From Propionibacteriaceae bacterium (GTDB lineage Bacteria > Actinomycetota > Actinomycetes > Propionibacteriales > Propionibacteriaceae): a stretch of DNA of 64,000 nucleotides. The DNA lies in the NCBI GenBank assembly GCA_030532825.1, contig JAUNKK010000006.1:6938-70937 (forward strand). Reading direction: 5' to 3'. The position numbers and the translations under genes were made by a program. Within the stretch, counting starts at the first letter, position 1; each line of letters opens with the position of its first letter. This document shows positions 38,110-49,610 of this stretch, piece by piece. Below the pieces are notes generated by a model, which searched no databases, was not told where the DNA came from, and worked only from the letters and a program-made list of their open reading frames with translations.

Positions 38110-39036
38110 CTAAGTCCCTAGGCCGGCATGTGGCTCCACCGTCCGGCCGTCGATGACGGCCATGATGCGTTCCAAGTCGTCCGTCGAGGCGAATTCAATG
38201 GTGATGCGGCCCTTGTTCTTCCCGATGGCTACCTTGACCCGGGTGTCGAAATGATCCGAGAGCTGCGCGGCGACGGCCGCCTCACGCTCGGAAGGGATGC
38301 GCTGCACACGCGGCGTCGGTTCGCCCGGGGCGGCCTCGGGCTCGTCGCCCAGCCGCACGATCTCCTCGGTGCTGCGCACAGACAACCCCTCAGCGACGAT
38401 GCGCTCCGCCAGCAGCTCTTGGGAGCGCCGATGCGTCAACCCCAGCAACGCCCGGCCATGCCCCGCCGACAACACGCCAGCCGCTACCTTAGTCTGCACC
38501 GTGGAGGGGAGGTTCAGCAGTCGCAACGTGTTCGAAATCTGCGGGCGACTACGGTGAATGCGCTGAGACAGCTCTTCCTTGGAGCAGTCAAAATCGGTCA
38601 GCAGTTGCTGGTAGGCCAGCGCCTCTTCCAACGGGTTGAGGTTCGCACGATGGAGGTTCTCCAGCAGCGCATCCCGAAGTAGGTCGTCGTCATCCGTGCC
38701 GCGAACAATGGCTGGGATCGTATCTTTGCCCGCCAGCTTCGAGGCGCGGAAGCGTCGCTCGCCCATGATGAGCTCGAACCGCTCCGGCTCGACCTCGCGC
38801 ACTACCACCGGTTGCAGCACGCCGAACTCACCGATGGAAGCCGCCAGCTCCGCTAGGTCGTCTTCGTCGAAGACGTGGCGCGGCTGGCGGGGGTTGGGGA
38901 CGATGACGTCCAGGGGCAGCTCGACAAAATACGAGCCGTCGCGCAGTTTCTGCGAGGGCTGCGTCGGTTCCTCTTCGGTCCGGGCGAAGAGATCGCCCAG
39001 CCCCTTGCCAAGTCCGCTTTGCTTGGGTTTAGCCAT
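38110..39036 (-). CDS. parB: Chromosome partitioning protein ParB
   Basis: 'MAKPKQSGLGKGLGDLF', ParB box 'GERRFRA', HTH region 'LSQRIHRSRPQISNTLRLL'. Confidence 0.9.
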   Translation of the reverse strand: MAKPKQSGLGKGLGDLFARTEEEPTQPSQKLRDGSYFVELPLDVIVPNPRQPRHVFDEDDLAELAASIGEFGVLQPVVVREVEPERFELIMGERRFRASKLAGKDTIPAIVRGTDDDDLLRDALLENLHRANLNPLEEALAYQQLLTDFDCSKEELSQRIHRSRPQISNTLRLLNLPSTVQTKVAAGVLSAGHGRALLGLTHRRSQELLAERIVAEGLSVRSTEEIVRLGDEPEAAPGEPTPRVQRIPSEREAAVAAQLSDHFDTRVKVAIGKNKGRITIEFASTDDLERIMAVIDGRTVEPHAGLGT

Positions 39037-39038
39037 GG

Positions 39039-40046
39039 TCAGTTGCCTTCCTCGGTCACTGCTGCATTGGCAATTTCCTCCGCCGCTTTGAGATAGGCGA
39101 CGGCCCCGGGGGACTTGGGGTAGTAGGTGATGACGCTTTGGCCGTAGCTGGGCGCCTCGGCGATGCGCACCGAGCGCGGAATCTCCGTCTCCAGCGTCTG
39201 TGCGCCGAAGTGTTTACGGACTTCGCCCGCTACCTCGTGGGACAGATTGGTGCGATTGTCGAACATCGTCAGGACTACGGTGCTCAACTCCAGGTTGTCA
39301 TTCAGGTTGCCTTTCACCTTGTGAATGGTGCGCATCAACTGCGAGACGCCCTCCAGCGCGTAATACTCGGTCTGGATGGGGACCATGATCTCCGTCGCAG
39401 CCACCAAGGCATTCAACGTCAGCAAGCCGAGCGACGGGGGGCAGTCGATAAACACGTAGTCAACGCCGGATTGCTCGATATAGGCCTGGAGTGCCCGCTT
39501 GAGTTTCGACTCCCGACCGCTCTCGTTGACCAACTCAAGCTCCGCCGTCGAGAGGTCAATCGCGGCCGGCAGGACATGCAGGTTCGGGTTGTGTGGGGAC
39601 TGCTTCGCCAACTCGTCGATACGGGCTCCCCGGAGCAGTACCTCGTAGGTGCCCGGGGTCCCGGGGTCGTGATCGACTCCCAGCGCCGTCGACGCATTGC
39701 CCTGAGGATCAATGTCTACCACCAGCACGTTTAACCCGCCGAAGGCCAATGCCGTGGCAATGTTCACGGCCGTCGTGGTTTTGCCCACGCCACCCTTCTG
39801 ATTCACCACGACGAAGACACGGGGATCTTTCGGCGTGGGGAGTGCCGGGGAATCTGTCACTTCTTGCTCCATCCCGTATTCATCGTCGGTGTCCCAGTCA
39901 TCGTCCTCACGATCGAAGCGCGCCCTCCGTGGCCCAGGAGGGGTTTGGATGGCCGTTTCACGTGAAACGGCGGCATGGTCTTTCCACGGCTCGACATCGA
40001 CGTCGGGCTGGGGAGCACGCTTTCGCTTACGAAAGAACAAAGCCAT
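39039..40046 (-). CDS. parA: Chromosome partitioning ATPase ParA/Soj
   Basis: Deviant Walker A 'NQKGGVGKTTTAVN'. Start chosen at 'MALFFRKRKRAP' (ATG 40046-40044) with GAAGGAGG RBS 5 nt upstream. The upstream 63 codons of the track ORF are parS-driven frame artefact. Confidence 0.85.
   Translation of the reverse strand: MALFFRKRKRAPQPDVDVEPWKDHAAVSRETAIQTPPGPRRARFDREDDDWDTDDEYGMEQEVTDSPALPTPKDPRVFVVVNQKGGVGKTTTAVNIATALAFGGLNVLVVDIDPQGNASTALGVDHDPGTPGTYEVLLRGARIDELAKQSPHNPNLHVLPAAIDLSTAELELVNESGRESKLKRALQAYIEQSGVDYVFIDCPPSLGLLTLNALVAATEIMVPIQTEYYALEGVSQLMRTIHKVKGNLNDNLELSTVVLTMFDNRTNLSHEVAGEVRKHFGAQTLETEIPRSVRIAEAPSYGQSVITYYPKSPGAVAYLKAAEEIANAAVTEEGN
39954..39969. promoter_or_regulatory. parS: parS (ParB binding site) #1, CGTTTCACGTGAAACG, inside the parA 5' coding region
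   Basis: Perfect 16-bp palindrome matching the canonical parS tGTTTCACGTGAAACa. The wider 20-bp palindrome is gccgtttcacgtgaaacggc. Confidence 0.85.
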
Positions 40047-40107
40047 TGAGTCCTCCTTCGATGCGCCAACTTTAGCCGCCAGCGTGTTTGATTCACGACC
40101 GCCACGG

Positions 40108-40123
40108 CGTTTCACGTGAAACG
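40108..40123. promoter_or_regulatory. parS: parS #2, CGTTTCACGTGAAACG, ~60 bp upstream of the parA start
   Basis: Identical 16-mer in gcgtttcacgtgaaacgc context. Confidence 0.85.
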
Positions 40124-42759
40124 CTTGGTCAAAAGTGTCACCATCATTGAGCTTGGCGTCATCCGATAGTTTGACTGATGCCGAGTTGGGCGTGACAACG
40201 GGCGTCACCCGCAGCGCGCGCCGCCCAACCGCCACCAGGACGAGCTTCGGCCGCCAGGTTTCCGGCCACCATCAGCCGCTGGGTCCATCAGCCGATGGGG
40301 TCCAGCGGGGCGGTGTGGATCCGCTGCTCAACCGTCCCACACCGAGACACAGCCCCGCTAGCCGGTCAGCGAACACACCACCCGGTTCACCAGTAAGCGT
40401 CCCCTGCATCCGGTGCGCTTCCCAAGTAGGACTGGCTCGGCGAAAGCACTAACGCTTGGTCTCGGGCTTTCGGTCGCAGGGGGACGGGGTGGCGCCCGCT
40501 TCATCGGCTGGAATCTTCCTGCGAGTCCCGGGGTGACCGAGTTGGCCCAGCATCCCCGTCGTCGACGATACCCAGAACCCTCGCCACCTCACCGCAGGTC
40601 TCTCAGCGCTCGCGCGAGGCGAAAGCGCCCACTGCCTTCGGACGGCGAATCCAAGCGAGGCCCAGCGTGACCACTCATAGCGGCCAGCCCTGGGCCGCCA
40701 CGGCTACCAAGAGATATCCCAGATGTGGACCTGATCGGTTCCCGGCGACTCGGAAGTGGAGCGGCCAGACGACCGGACTCTGGGCGGTGTCCCGACGATT
40801 CCCGTCGATTGAGGACCGTGAGGCTGCAACAGGGCAATTGTTTCGCGGGATGCTCTCCCGGGGGGGTGGTCCGCCGATGCCAGGGCCATGAACACGTCGA
40901 ACCTGTCATGGCTCACTGCGGCCCTCCTCAGCGAGACCATGCTGTCCGCAGGCTGGCGAAGGCCGTCGACTGTCCACGTTATGAAGAGACCCCACGGCCG
41001 ACGGGGGCGAGCTATCCCCACCAGCAATCGATCTGTGCCGCCACGATCCGATGACAGCATCCCGGATTATCAATGACAGGGCGCTAGGTTATGCCACACC
41101 CGGAGGCCGATGTCCCGCCCATGGGGCTAGCTGGAAGGCAACGGGGCGCGGAGCTGTGGGAGTCCGTTGTGGCGATGGACCCTACGGTCAAGGGGACGGT
41201 TGCTTGACGGCAATTCCGGCGGTGAGTCGTCAGGGCTCACCACCATGATGTCCCTGGCTCGACACGAGCGACGCGCCATCGCTCCTTGCCACTCGGACGA
41301 GGGAACGCTCCCGAGGGGCACGCGAGGGAAGTGATGGCCTGGTCCGGTCAGTCACGCCATCACCTCGCCTTGGGGCCCGTCGGCTGCGTGGTACCCGATG
41401 TCGGAGTAGGGCAAGCGCCTTGACGGCCCGAGCCTCACCGTTAGCCGGGGTGGTCGCCGTCCTTGGCGTCTTCACCAGCCGAAGGCCCCTGCGCGGGGTC
41501 CTAGGTCAGTCGCCGTGCTTGGGCAGTCAGTCTCGCAACTGCCCGGCTACGTTCTTCGCGCTGGAGCGAATGACGTGACGTGACGGGTGCGGCAGGACCA
41601 TGACACCCGGTGATCAGGCGGTTACGCGCCGCTCATCGACACTGCACCAGCTGGCTTGGCGATTTCCTGACATCGCGACGTTTAGGGAGAGTCGCCTCCG
41701 TCGAGGGCCGGAAGTTATGCGGCACGTCCGACAGACCTTAGCGCTTGCGCGTCCTGGGGGGCGCCTCACGGCGAATTCCAAAGACTCGCGTCACCACCCA
41801 GTGGCGCTTCACTCATCGGCCATGCGGTACAGCCACCCCAAAACCCGCACATGTCGAAGAGCCTCGGACACACGACGCTAGCTCCCGTCAGTCTCTCTCC
41901 GTTAGCGCCGCATGGCAGTACCGCCCTAGTGCGTCAGTGCCTTCGCCTTACACCACGATGGAAGCCGTCCTCCGCAACGCGACTTCACATCACGCTGGGC
42001 AACCGCATTGATGCTCCCAGCTAAACGAGAGACAGACTCCTCGTGCCACGGGATCCCACTGATCTTCCGCACCCGTCCGGGGGGCTGCTCGTTCAGCGTG
42101 GCGTCTGAGTACTGGCCGGGGTGCCCCAGGAGTCGCACCGGATGCTAGGCAGCCCGGCAACGGGCCAGTGGGGAGATTCCGCCACGTCACCCATTCCAGC
42201 CACCGGGCAGGGCCACCAATGATTACGGCGTTCTCCAGGCCTGGCGGTTGCCTCAACCATGACCGGGAGCCGGGATTCCCGTCACCGGACGAGACGGGAA
42301 TCGGCGGAGTTTCCGGGGGCCCTGAGCCGACCCCCGAACACCAAGGCGACTCCCGAGGTTAAGCGGCAGCGAAGTGAAGTGACTTGAATACAAGCGAAGA
42401 GCCACTCGCACCACGACGGCCCGCTTGGAACGAGCAGCGACGGTGTACATCTCGCGCGACGCTTCACGCAGGGGAAAACAGCGCGGGAGCCGCGGTGGTG
42501 CGTCCTCTGAGGACGTCACGCCGCTCGGGACTTGGTCCGGAACCGCAGCCTCAGCTCGAGTCGGCTAGCCGCCTAACGGCGTAGCGTCGAATTGGCGTCC
42601 GAGGGGGCGCGGCGGGCTTTTCATTTCAAAGCCAATGGGGTCCAAGAGATAGCTAGAGCAGAGCCTCGTCCTAGAACTTGCCAGGACCACGAGAGTTGAC
42701 ACCAGCTCCCCCTGACCTCTGTCTGGCGTTTTCGGTGGGTCAATCGCCGCCGACTCCGG

Positions 42760-42775
42760 CGTTTCACGTGAAACG
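42760..42775. promoter_or_regulatory. parS: parS #3
   Basis: Identical 16-mer CGTTTCACGTGAAACG (ggcgtttcacgtgaaacgcc). Confidence 0.85.
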
Positions 42776-43080
42776 CCTCACCACGAAGACTGCTTCGGAT
42801 CATGAAAGCCGCCGCAGCATCACGCGTATAACTCTGGTTCTAGGCAACCAAAGCTCACATCCTGCACTCTTCGCCCAGCGAGATACCGGAGCTCGCAAGA
42901 GTCCTGGAGTTGCGCCACTTGCAAAGTGCATTCACGTCCAGCCTTGCTTGCCACGGTCTCGGGGCAGGGGCTAGGCGATGGGAAAGACTCTCGCGGCCGT
43001 ACCTGTCCGCCTTCTTCATCGGCTTCGTTCGGACGATGGCAGCGTCGAGTAGCTCAGCCGCGTGCCACGCCTCCCGGAGT

Positions 43081-43135
43081 TCTCTCTAAATCTATTTATC
43101 GATATCTCTTTTTATAGTTATATATGGAAGGCGAG
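43081..43135. repeat. AT-rich islet A (tctctctaaatctaTTTATCGATAtctctttttatagttatatatgg)
   Basis: ~55-bp AT-rich patch in ~62% GC surroundings, containing the TATCGATA palindrome. Confidence 0.45.
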
Positions 43136-43715
43136 AAGGCGCTACCTGGCAGCGGTCGATAGGTTGGTTCGCCACCATGCAGTTCTTCCCCTCAGCAATC
43201 GGAGGAGCCGCTCAGCGCGGCAGCGAGAGCGGATCCTTGGACTCCCTCCCCGAACCACCCATAGTTGTTGGAGCTGTCCGAATCAGCCACCACGCCCCGC
43301 ACTCACCACGAGCCTCTGAACGGCTTCCGAGTCGCTTGCTCGGATGGCAGATTCGCCGATGGGCACCTTCCCGTCCCGGCGGAGGAGGTGGAGATCATTC
43401 GCGAGCGAGCAACTGCGTAGCGAGATCGGCCAGGAGATCGGCGAGCAGCTGGAAAAGCACCAATACTCCCGAGCTCGCCCTCCATACCGAACGAGGTCGA
43501 ATAGTACCCTCCTGACGTATCGGCTCGGCGCCGCGGTACGCGCCTTGGGGTGCTTGCTTCGTTAGAGCAGAAGTGCGCGGACATATGCGAGGCCGAGACT
43601 TCGCCACCGGCGAAAGATGGATTAGTGCGCCGACCGACGGCCCCGCACCATTCAATTGGCTTCGCACGCTGAACACGCATCATGTGCCTAGGCATAGCCG
43701 AGTCCCACGGTGCAG

Positions 43716-43731
43716 CGTTTCACGTGAAACG
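43716..43731. promoter_or_regulatory. parS: parS #4
   Basis: Identical 16-mer inside the 22-bp palindrome cagcgtttcacgtgaaacgctg. Confidence 0.85.
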
Positions 43732-43855
43732 CTGCGGCAAAAGGCGATGGGACGGTGCACTCCAAGGGCATAGCAGCGGCGCCTCCTGATGCCGGCTTTC
43801 AAAGCCGAGCATCCCTAACGACTCCCATCACACGTGCGCCTAGCCGCGCGATACC

Positions 43856-43871
43856 CGTTTCACGTGAAACG
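43856..43871. promoter_or_regulatory. parS: parS #5 (140 bp from #4)
   Basis: Identical 16-mer (cccgtttcacgtgaaacgg). Confidence 0.85.
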
Positions 43872-46002
43872 GTAAGTCGTTACGTCCCGCTCTGTTATAT
43901 CCCTATTTCATCTTCCCATCGCGAATCACGGGGCATGGGACCGTCGGCGATCCACTCCTAGGAATCGCTGGTCCGTGATGATGACGAAGGTCACGGCGCA
44001 CCGGCACAAAGGCCAAAGCATCCTGCCCCCCAACAAGATGTCAGGGGATCGGCTACGGCACTAACGCACGTGGCCCAGCCGGCCCTTCCCCGAAGCTCCC
44101 ACTAGTGCGAGCAAATGGCGCCTGATCATAGACAGACCGAACTCTCCATGGCAGCTGCCCGCTGACCTGCCCCACCGGTAGCGCATTGGTGCCTCACGTC
44201 GTCAGACAACCACCCATCCGTACCGCTTGCGCTGCCTCGAAGTGTCTTCTCGGCTGCGCCGCAGCCAGCGCTAGCCAAACGTCACGCCCGCCGCCGGTTC
44301 CTCCGCATCCACCAGCCTCGACGGTGCCAGTACCCGGCTCCCGATATCCCGATAGAGCGGGATCCATCACCTCGGGGTGGACTGTTCGTGAGGCCAACCC
44401 GCAAACCCGACTCGCCCTCACCCAGGAGTGACGCATTGGCACGCTCACGCCAGACTGCTCGGCCCATAGCCATCGACGAACCAACTGGCCGACGGCTGCC
44501 GTCCCATGGTCCAACCCTGGCACCCCTTGGATCCACCTCGCTAAGGCATCCAGGAGTCTTCTCGACACCTACGACAACACTGGACCGGCCGGTGACCGAG
44601 CAGGTCCATCGGACTGTCAGCTGCGATCACGGTGCTTAGCAGGGCCTATTTGAGCGCGCCCAAACCTCACGACCTGGTGTCAACCTCCCTGATGCCACGG
44701 CCGCGTTACAACCTTGCTTGGCTTCTCAAGGCGTAGGGTGTCTCGGGTGGCCCGCTTAGCGCCCAACTGCGAACGCTGAAGGTTGGCGTGTCACGTGAAG
44801 TCTTCCAAAGGCCGACGCCGAACAAGCGGCGGGGGCGCAAGTCTGCGGCAACCATCCCTACGAGCCGACCCAACTCGGGTCTCAGCAAACGACTGCGGAG
44901 GAACGCGCTTGGCGGCAATGACGAGTCGCCCCCCTCGCCAACTCAAGGGGCCTCGAAGCAAGACAGGACCACCGCCAACGTCTTTTAGCGGCACGTAGCC
45001 AGGTATCCCGTGGAGTAGCCAAAGCGGGACTTCGCCTCTCTGAGGCAGCCCTTGCCGAGCCTAACGGTGACGGCCTCGCTGCATTCCCGGACTCCGTTCC
45101 TGCCCTAAACGTCCCATGTCGACGGCGGTCCGGGCCCTGCTGCGCATCCACAGTCCAGACGCAGCAGACGCGAGTGGTTTCGTCCCGCCGAGGACTTCAC
45201 GTGCAACCCCGGTGACGCCTGCGGCGATCCGCGTCCGCTGCGTGTCAAGAACCCTGGCCGGTCCTTCCCAGCAGCTGTCTTCCCCGCGTCAATAGGCTGT
45301 GGTATTCACGCTCGTGGCTCCCGGGGACGCCCTATGAACATCTCCGAATCCGTCCACGCACCGACCCGCTCAGGCGGGGCCACAGGTCCTCGAATTCCTA
45401 CTCCCTGCACTCTCGGCGTCGCGCCTGAAAACCAGGCCGTCGCGCACGCCTAGGATCTCGGCTTCCCGAAGGCTCAAAGCGAGTTCATGATCAAGCTAGA
45501 TCCAGCCGCCCAATGGCTCGGGCACTTGACTGGACTGTAGATGTCTTCCGCGCTTCGCCAGAGATTCCCGGCGCTGACAGGCAACGGCCCGCCAAGCTCT
45601 GCCGTAACCCGACAAGGCTGCCGTGAGGCTGCCACGTGGTGCAGCTCGATCCCGGCGAAGATGCCAAGCGTCGGCGTCGTGGAGGTTCCGTCGAGGCATG
45701 GCGGCGTCCTGCGGAGCGGCCGAGGACGGGCCTTGAGGCCTAGCCCGGTTCCAGCACCCGCCTGGAGAAAGATGCGAGGCAAGCAACAGGGCAGCCGATC
45801 GGGCAACCTAAGCCGCCAGGGGGCATGCCGGGTTGGCCAGCGCCGGTACCAGCCGCCTGAGGACCCAATGCGTCCCGTCGGTGGGGCCGCCCACGGCTAC
45901 AACCTTGGTCAACCCCGCCTCGAAGGGAATCGACCAATGAGCCGAGCAATGAGCTGGAGATCATTCCCCGTCAGGCCGAGGGAGCTCCAAGTAGGTACTT
46001 CC

Positions 46003-46050
46003 AGCTATAACTATATATCGATATATAGTTTTACCCTTTCCTGCTAAAAA
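46003..46050. repeat. AT-rich islet B (agctataacTATATATCGATAtatagttttacc)
   Basis: Shares the TATATATCGATA 12-mer with islet C and TATCGATA/tatag with islet A. 2,919 bp from A. Confidence 0.45.
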
Positions 46051-46261
46051 GCGTCGTCATCTGCTGGCCAACCTCGTTCCCGCTCGTTCTCGTCCCGCAG
46101 ACACGGTGCGTCGGTGAATCAGCGCTCGTCTCGAAGTTGCGATCTGGTGGCCTTTCCGACTGACAAACTCGCGTCCTTCCGCCCTCAGCCCCTACGCCCC
46201 TTCACAGTCCGAAAACCAGTGGCCTCGTAGGGCACCCCTGGGTTTAAGTCGCAATTCCAGG

Positions 46262-46277
46262 CGTTTCACGTGAAACG
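46262..46277. promoter_or_regulatory. parS: parS #6
   Basis: Identical 16-mer (ggcgtttcacgtgaaacgcc). Confidence 0.85.
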
Positions 46278-47274
46278 CCCAATCCACCCAGTAGGTGCCA
46301 AACACCTGCAGACTGAACGTTGGCTCACCTCGCATTCGCCATCCGCCTCAAGCGTGAGGCCAACACGTCCCATCACCTCCTAGTCCGCCAAAACCCGACC
46401 CGCGCTCCCGGCATGAGGCCCCTCGCTGGCTGATGCTTCAGTCACAGGCTCGCATGAGCACTCGCACGGGGATATCGCAGATCTCGCGACGAAACTGGTT
46501 CCTCCTAGACGCTGCCCCCGTCGCTGGGTAAAACGGCTCCGCCTGGAATGCCCATTAGCGTCGCGAGAGGCAGCCACCTCCTCACCTTCGAAGCGCCGAG
46601 CCTCCCCGATGCCGGGCACCGTCGAGACCTCTGCGGACGACGTGGCGGTTGAACATGCGAGCCACAGACCCTGCCACGCGCTGCTCCAGACTCCCGGGGG
46701 GCCGTCCGGTTCTTCCGCCACCACTACCGCACCCATCAGGCACCCCGACTCCGCTAACCGTGGCTCAATGCCGCGATCGGCCAGGTTACACCGGAGACCC
46801 GGTCTAGGAACCAGCCGGTGCACAGTCCACTAGGCGACAGCACCACTACGGTGTCGGCGTCCGCCCAGGCCTCTACCGCGTCCCGAAAGGCAGGCGAGGA
46901 GCTCTCGCGGTCAGGCCGGTTTCGTGGCTGGAGAGCTATTGCCCTCTCAAGTGCATAAGACGAGCGACTTGTCAGTTCACTAGGCGCCGACCCTCTTGTC
47001 TTCCCAGCGGTGACGTGGCGACAAGCAATCTCTGCCGCGCAACCTTCGATATCTGTGGGCCCAAATGGATCAAGTACTTCGCGGCCTTAGTCACAGCTAG
47101 AGCTTCAGTAGAGCGTTCTGCTGCAGAGCGTCTGAGGCGACGGCATGCCTAACCAGCCGAAAGTGATCGCCTGAATGCCCGACTACGACGTACGGTATTC
47201 CCGGCGCGAGGAGATACATGCCAACGCCGCGCCAACACACCGCCCGTTCACCTAGAGGCCGCGATCTGTCCGCC

Positions 47275-47290
47275 CGTTTCACGTGAAACG
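47275..47290. promoter_or_regulatory. parS: parS #7 (with duplicated left half-site cgcccgttcac 34 bp upstream)
   Basis: Identical 16-mer (cccgtttcacgtgaaacgct). Confidence 0.85.
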
Positions 47291-48785
47291 CTGACACAGG
47301 CCCAAATCCGCTGGAGGAAAGCGATCGCCGGGTGTGGTCCACACATTGGCCTCTGCGCATTCCCCTGGGATTGGGGAGACTCCGCCAATACCGCCGCCTG
47401 CCTGGGGCTATATGGCGACGAGGGACTCTGAGCGGTAGCAACAGTCAGCCTCTCCCTGAGCGGGCCGCCAAGTCTTCCTGGCTCGTCGACCACCACCGTC
47501 GTAAGAGGTGACGCCCTTGCAACCGCAATTCACATCAACTTCACCTACTCCGGGACTATTCCCACCTTGGCTGCTCACATACACTCATTGGCTGAATCCG
47601 ACGGGAGGAACCTAATCGCCATTCTCAAACGGCTACAGATCACATCGTCCTCCGTGCTCTGCCTTCCGTCCATCCGACGACAGCAACTCCGAGCACACCT
47701 GACACAGCTAGGGAAGTCGCGGGCCACGTGCTCCGAAGTCTCGGCGGAACCCGTCCTGGTGCCTCCGGCGATGAGTCTTCGGTCCCCTGGTCACGGCCGA
47801 GTGACCACACACTGCACGGCGTCCGCCGGAACCGTCGGCGGTCCCGCCCCGTGGCTGTTGTCGGCGACGATGTGTCCTGAGCTGCCCGGGCAGGACCGGC
47901 GGTCACAGCACCGAGACGACGGCCAAGCAAACCCACGAACTGCCTGAGGAGAAACTGTTGCCCGGGGCCGTGGCATGGGTGTCGCTTCCGCTCAGTGGTC
48001 ACGCGGTCCCCCGGGGGCGGAGCGACGCCAGGTGGGCGAGGGGCTTCAGCACGGCTCCGACGCCGGCACCTCGACCCGCGCCGATGGTGCTGTCGGGTGC
48101 AGACACCGCGAGCCGGGACCTAGTGCCGTGCGTCCGAGAGTCCTTGGGGTTTGCGGCGCCCTGGGGCGGTGCCTCGCGGCGAGCCCCAAGGACTGGGCTA
48201 CCAGCAAGGAGCGCTTCGCTCGTCGGCCCCCGGCAGCAGCCACCCCAAAACCGGACCTGCTGAAGAACCTCGAACAGTCGACACCAGGTGTGGGCGTCTG
48301 CGTCCATCTGAGTCCCGAGGACTACCCCTTCCCTTCAGGCACGATCGGATGAGGGACTCGGCCACGACCGACCGATGCAGCCGTTGCGGTGTACCGTAGC
48401 GGCGCGTGGCACGGTTGACGGCCGCCAGCTCGCCGGACATCGTCGCTGTTGCCCACCTCCATGCTGCAGCCGAATCCCCAGCCAAACGGGTACCTGACGT
48501 AGCAGCCACAGCAACAGGCTAGGCGCCAGCCGCCGCGGGTCAGGAGACACGGCCTCCGGCGTCTTGAGTCTGCAAGCTGCCGAACCCGTGCCGTAACAGC
48601 AGCGCGTCAGCTCCACGCAAACCACCCTGGAGAAACCCAGCTGAGTGAACTTTCGCCGTAGTGGTTCCTCACCGGCCCACCCCATCGTTCTCTTGACCAA
48701 GCTAGGCGCCCGCCCCATCCAATCCGAGATTTGCCACCGTGGTTGCTGTGGCTCGCCCGTGCGTGGCGACGAGCCCCGCAACTGA

Positions 48786-48840
48786 AGCAAATCTCTAACC
48801 CTATATATCGATAAAGAGCTAAATAAATCTATTGGTTGTT
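48786..48840. repeat. AT-rich islet C (aatctctaacccTATATATCGATAaagagctaaataaatctattgg)
   Basis: Shares 'atctctaa' with islet A and TATATATCGATA with islet B. 2,789 bp from B. Confidence 0.45.
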
Positions 48841-49594
48841 AGCGACTCCCGCGACGCTCCAAGGTGCCCACGAACCCCTCCCCGTAAGTGTTCCGCCGCT
48901 TGACGCCACTCAATCACCACCTCGGGTTGTCTGCACCGGGCCATACCGGTGGGCGAGTCGTTGGAATCGACACCAGGGCTTCGGACAGATCCAGTCCCAT
49001 TCCCGATGCATAACCACCATTGGCCAGAACTGCTAGGGCCCAGGACCTGGGTTGAGCACGCCCCCAGGCCAGAATTGCGCCCCTTCGTGGCCGCCGCCCC
49101 TCGTCGAGGTACCGGCAAATCCGCGCGGCGACCCATAGTCTTCACATCCGCCGATGACGCAGGAGTTGGTAAGGACTCGTCATCGGCTGTTTGACTATGG
49201 CCTGCACTGCTGGGGTGCAGTGTGGCGGGCGTTGCGATAGCAGGATGGCGTTGCTGACGCGGCTGTGCCGCGGATTGAGTTCATCACTGATAGGCCACAG
49301 CAAGGGATGAACTCCCTAGTCAACTCCAAGGCGATCGACTGTGCTGACCCCTGGTTGATGTCCCGATGCGCCCATCGGAAACTTACGACGGCGCGCAACG
49401 CCAGCCGCCAGAATCGCCGCCATCCTGCGACAGCATGGCCGCCCGTCCTCGATCACTGGGCAACCCGGCGAGCAGCCTGGACGAGCTGAGCCAACCACCC
49501 CCTCACGACGCCGGGGATAGGGTCGCCCAACCCCAGATTCAGCCGTGGGCAGCCGATTGATCCGACCTCACGCCTTGCTGATTCCCAGGCGGCC

Positions 49595-49610
49595 CGTTCC
49601 ACGTGAAACG
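49595..49610. promoter_or_regulatory. parS: parS #8, variant CGTTCCACGTGAAACG (B. subtilis-type half-site), ~170 bp downstream of the rsmG stop
   Basis: One mismatch from the other seven. It matches the classical TGTTCCACGTGAAACA parS. Confidence 0.8.

Noticed and set aside
39039-40235. Full-length 398-aa ParA ORF start at 40235
   Set aside because: An internal ATG at 40046 has a near-perfect Shine-Dalgarno and gives canonical ParA length. The upstream codons are read through two parS palindromes.
40135-49560. ~60 short ORFs (60-170 aa) listed by the track across 40.1-49.6 kb as possible small genes
   Set aside because: None has an RBS or start context, motif, or plausible composition. Several exist only because the parS palindrome lacks stops ('FHVKR'/'VSRET'). 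The region is treated as non-coding.
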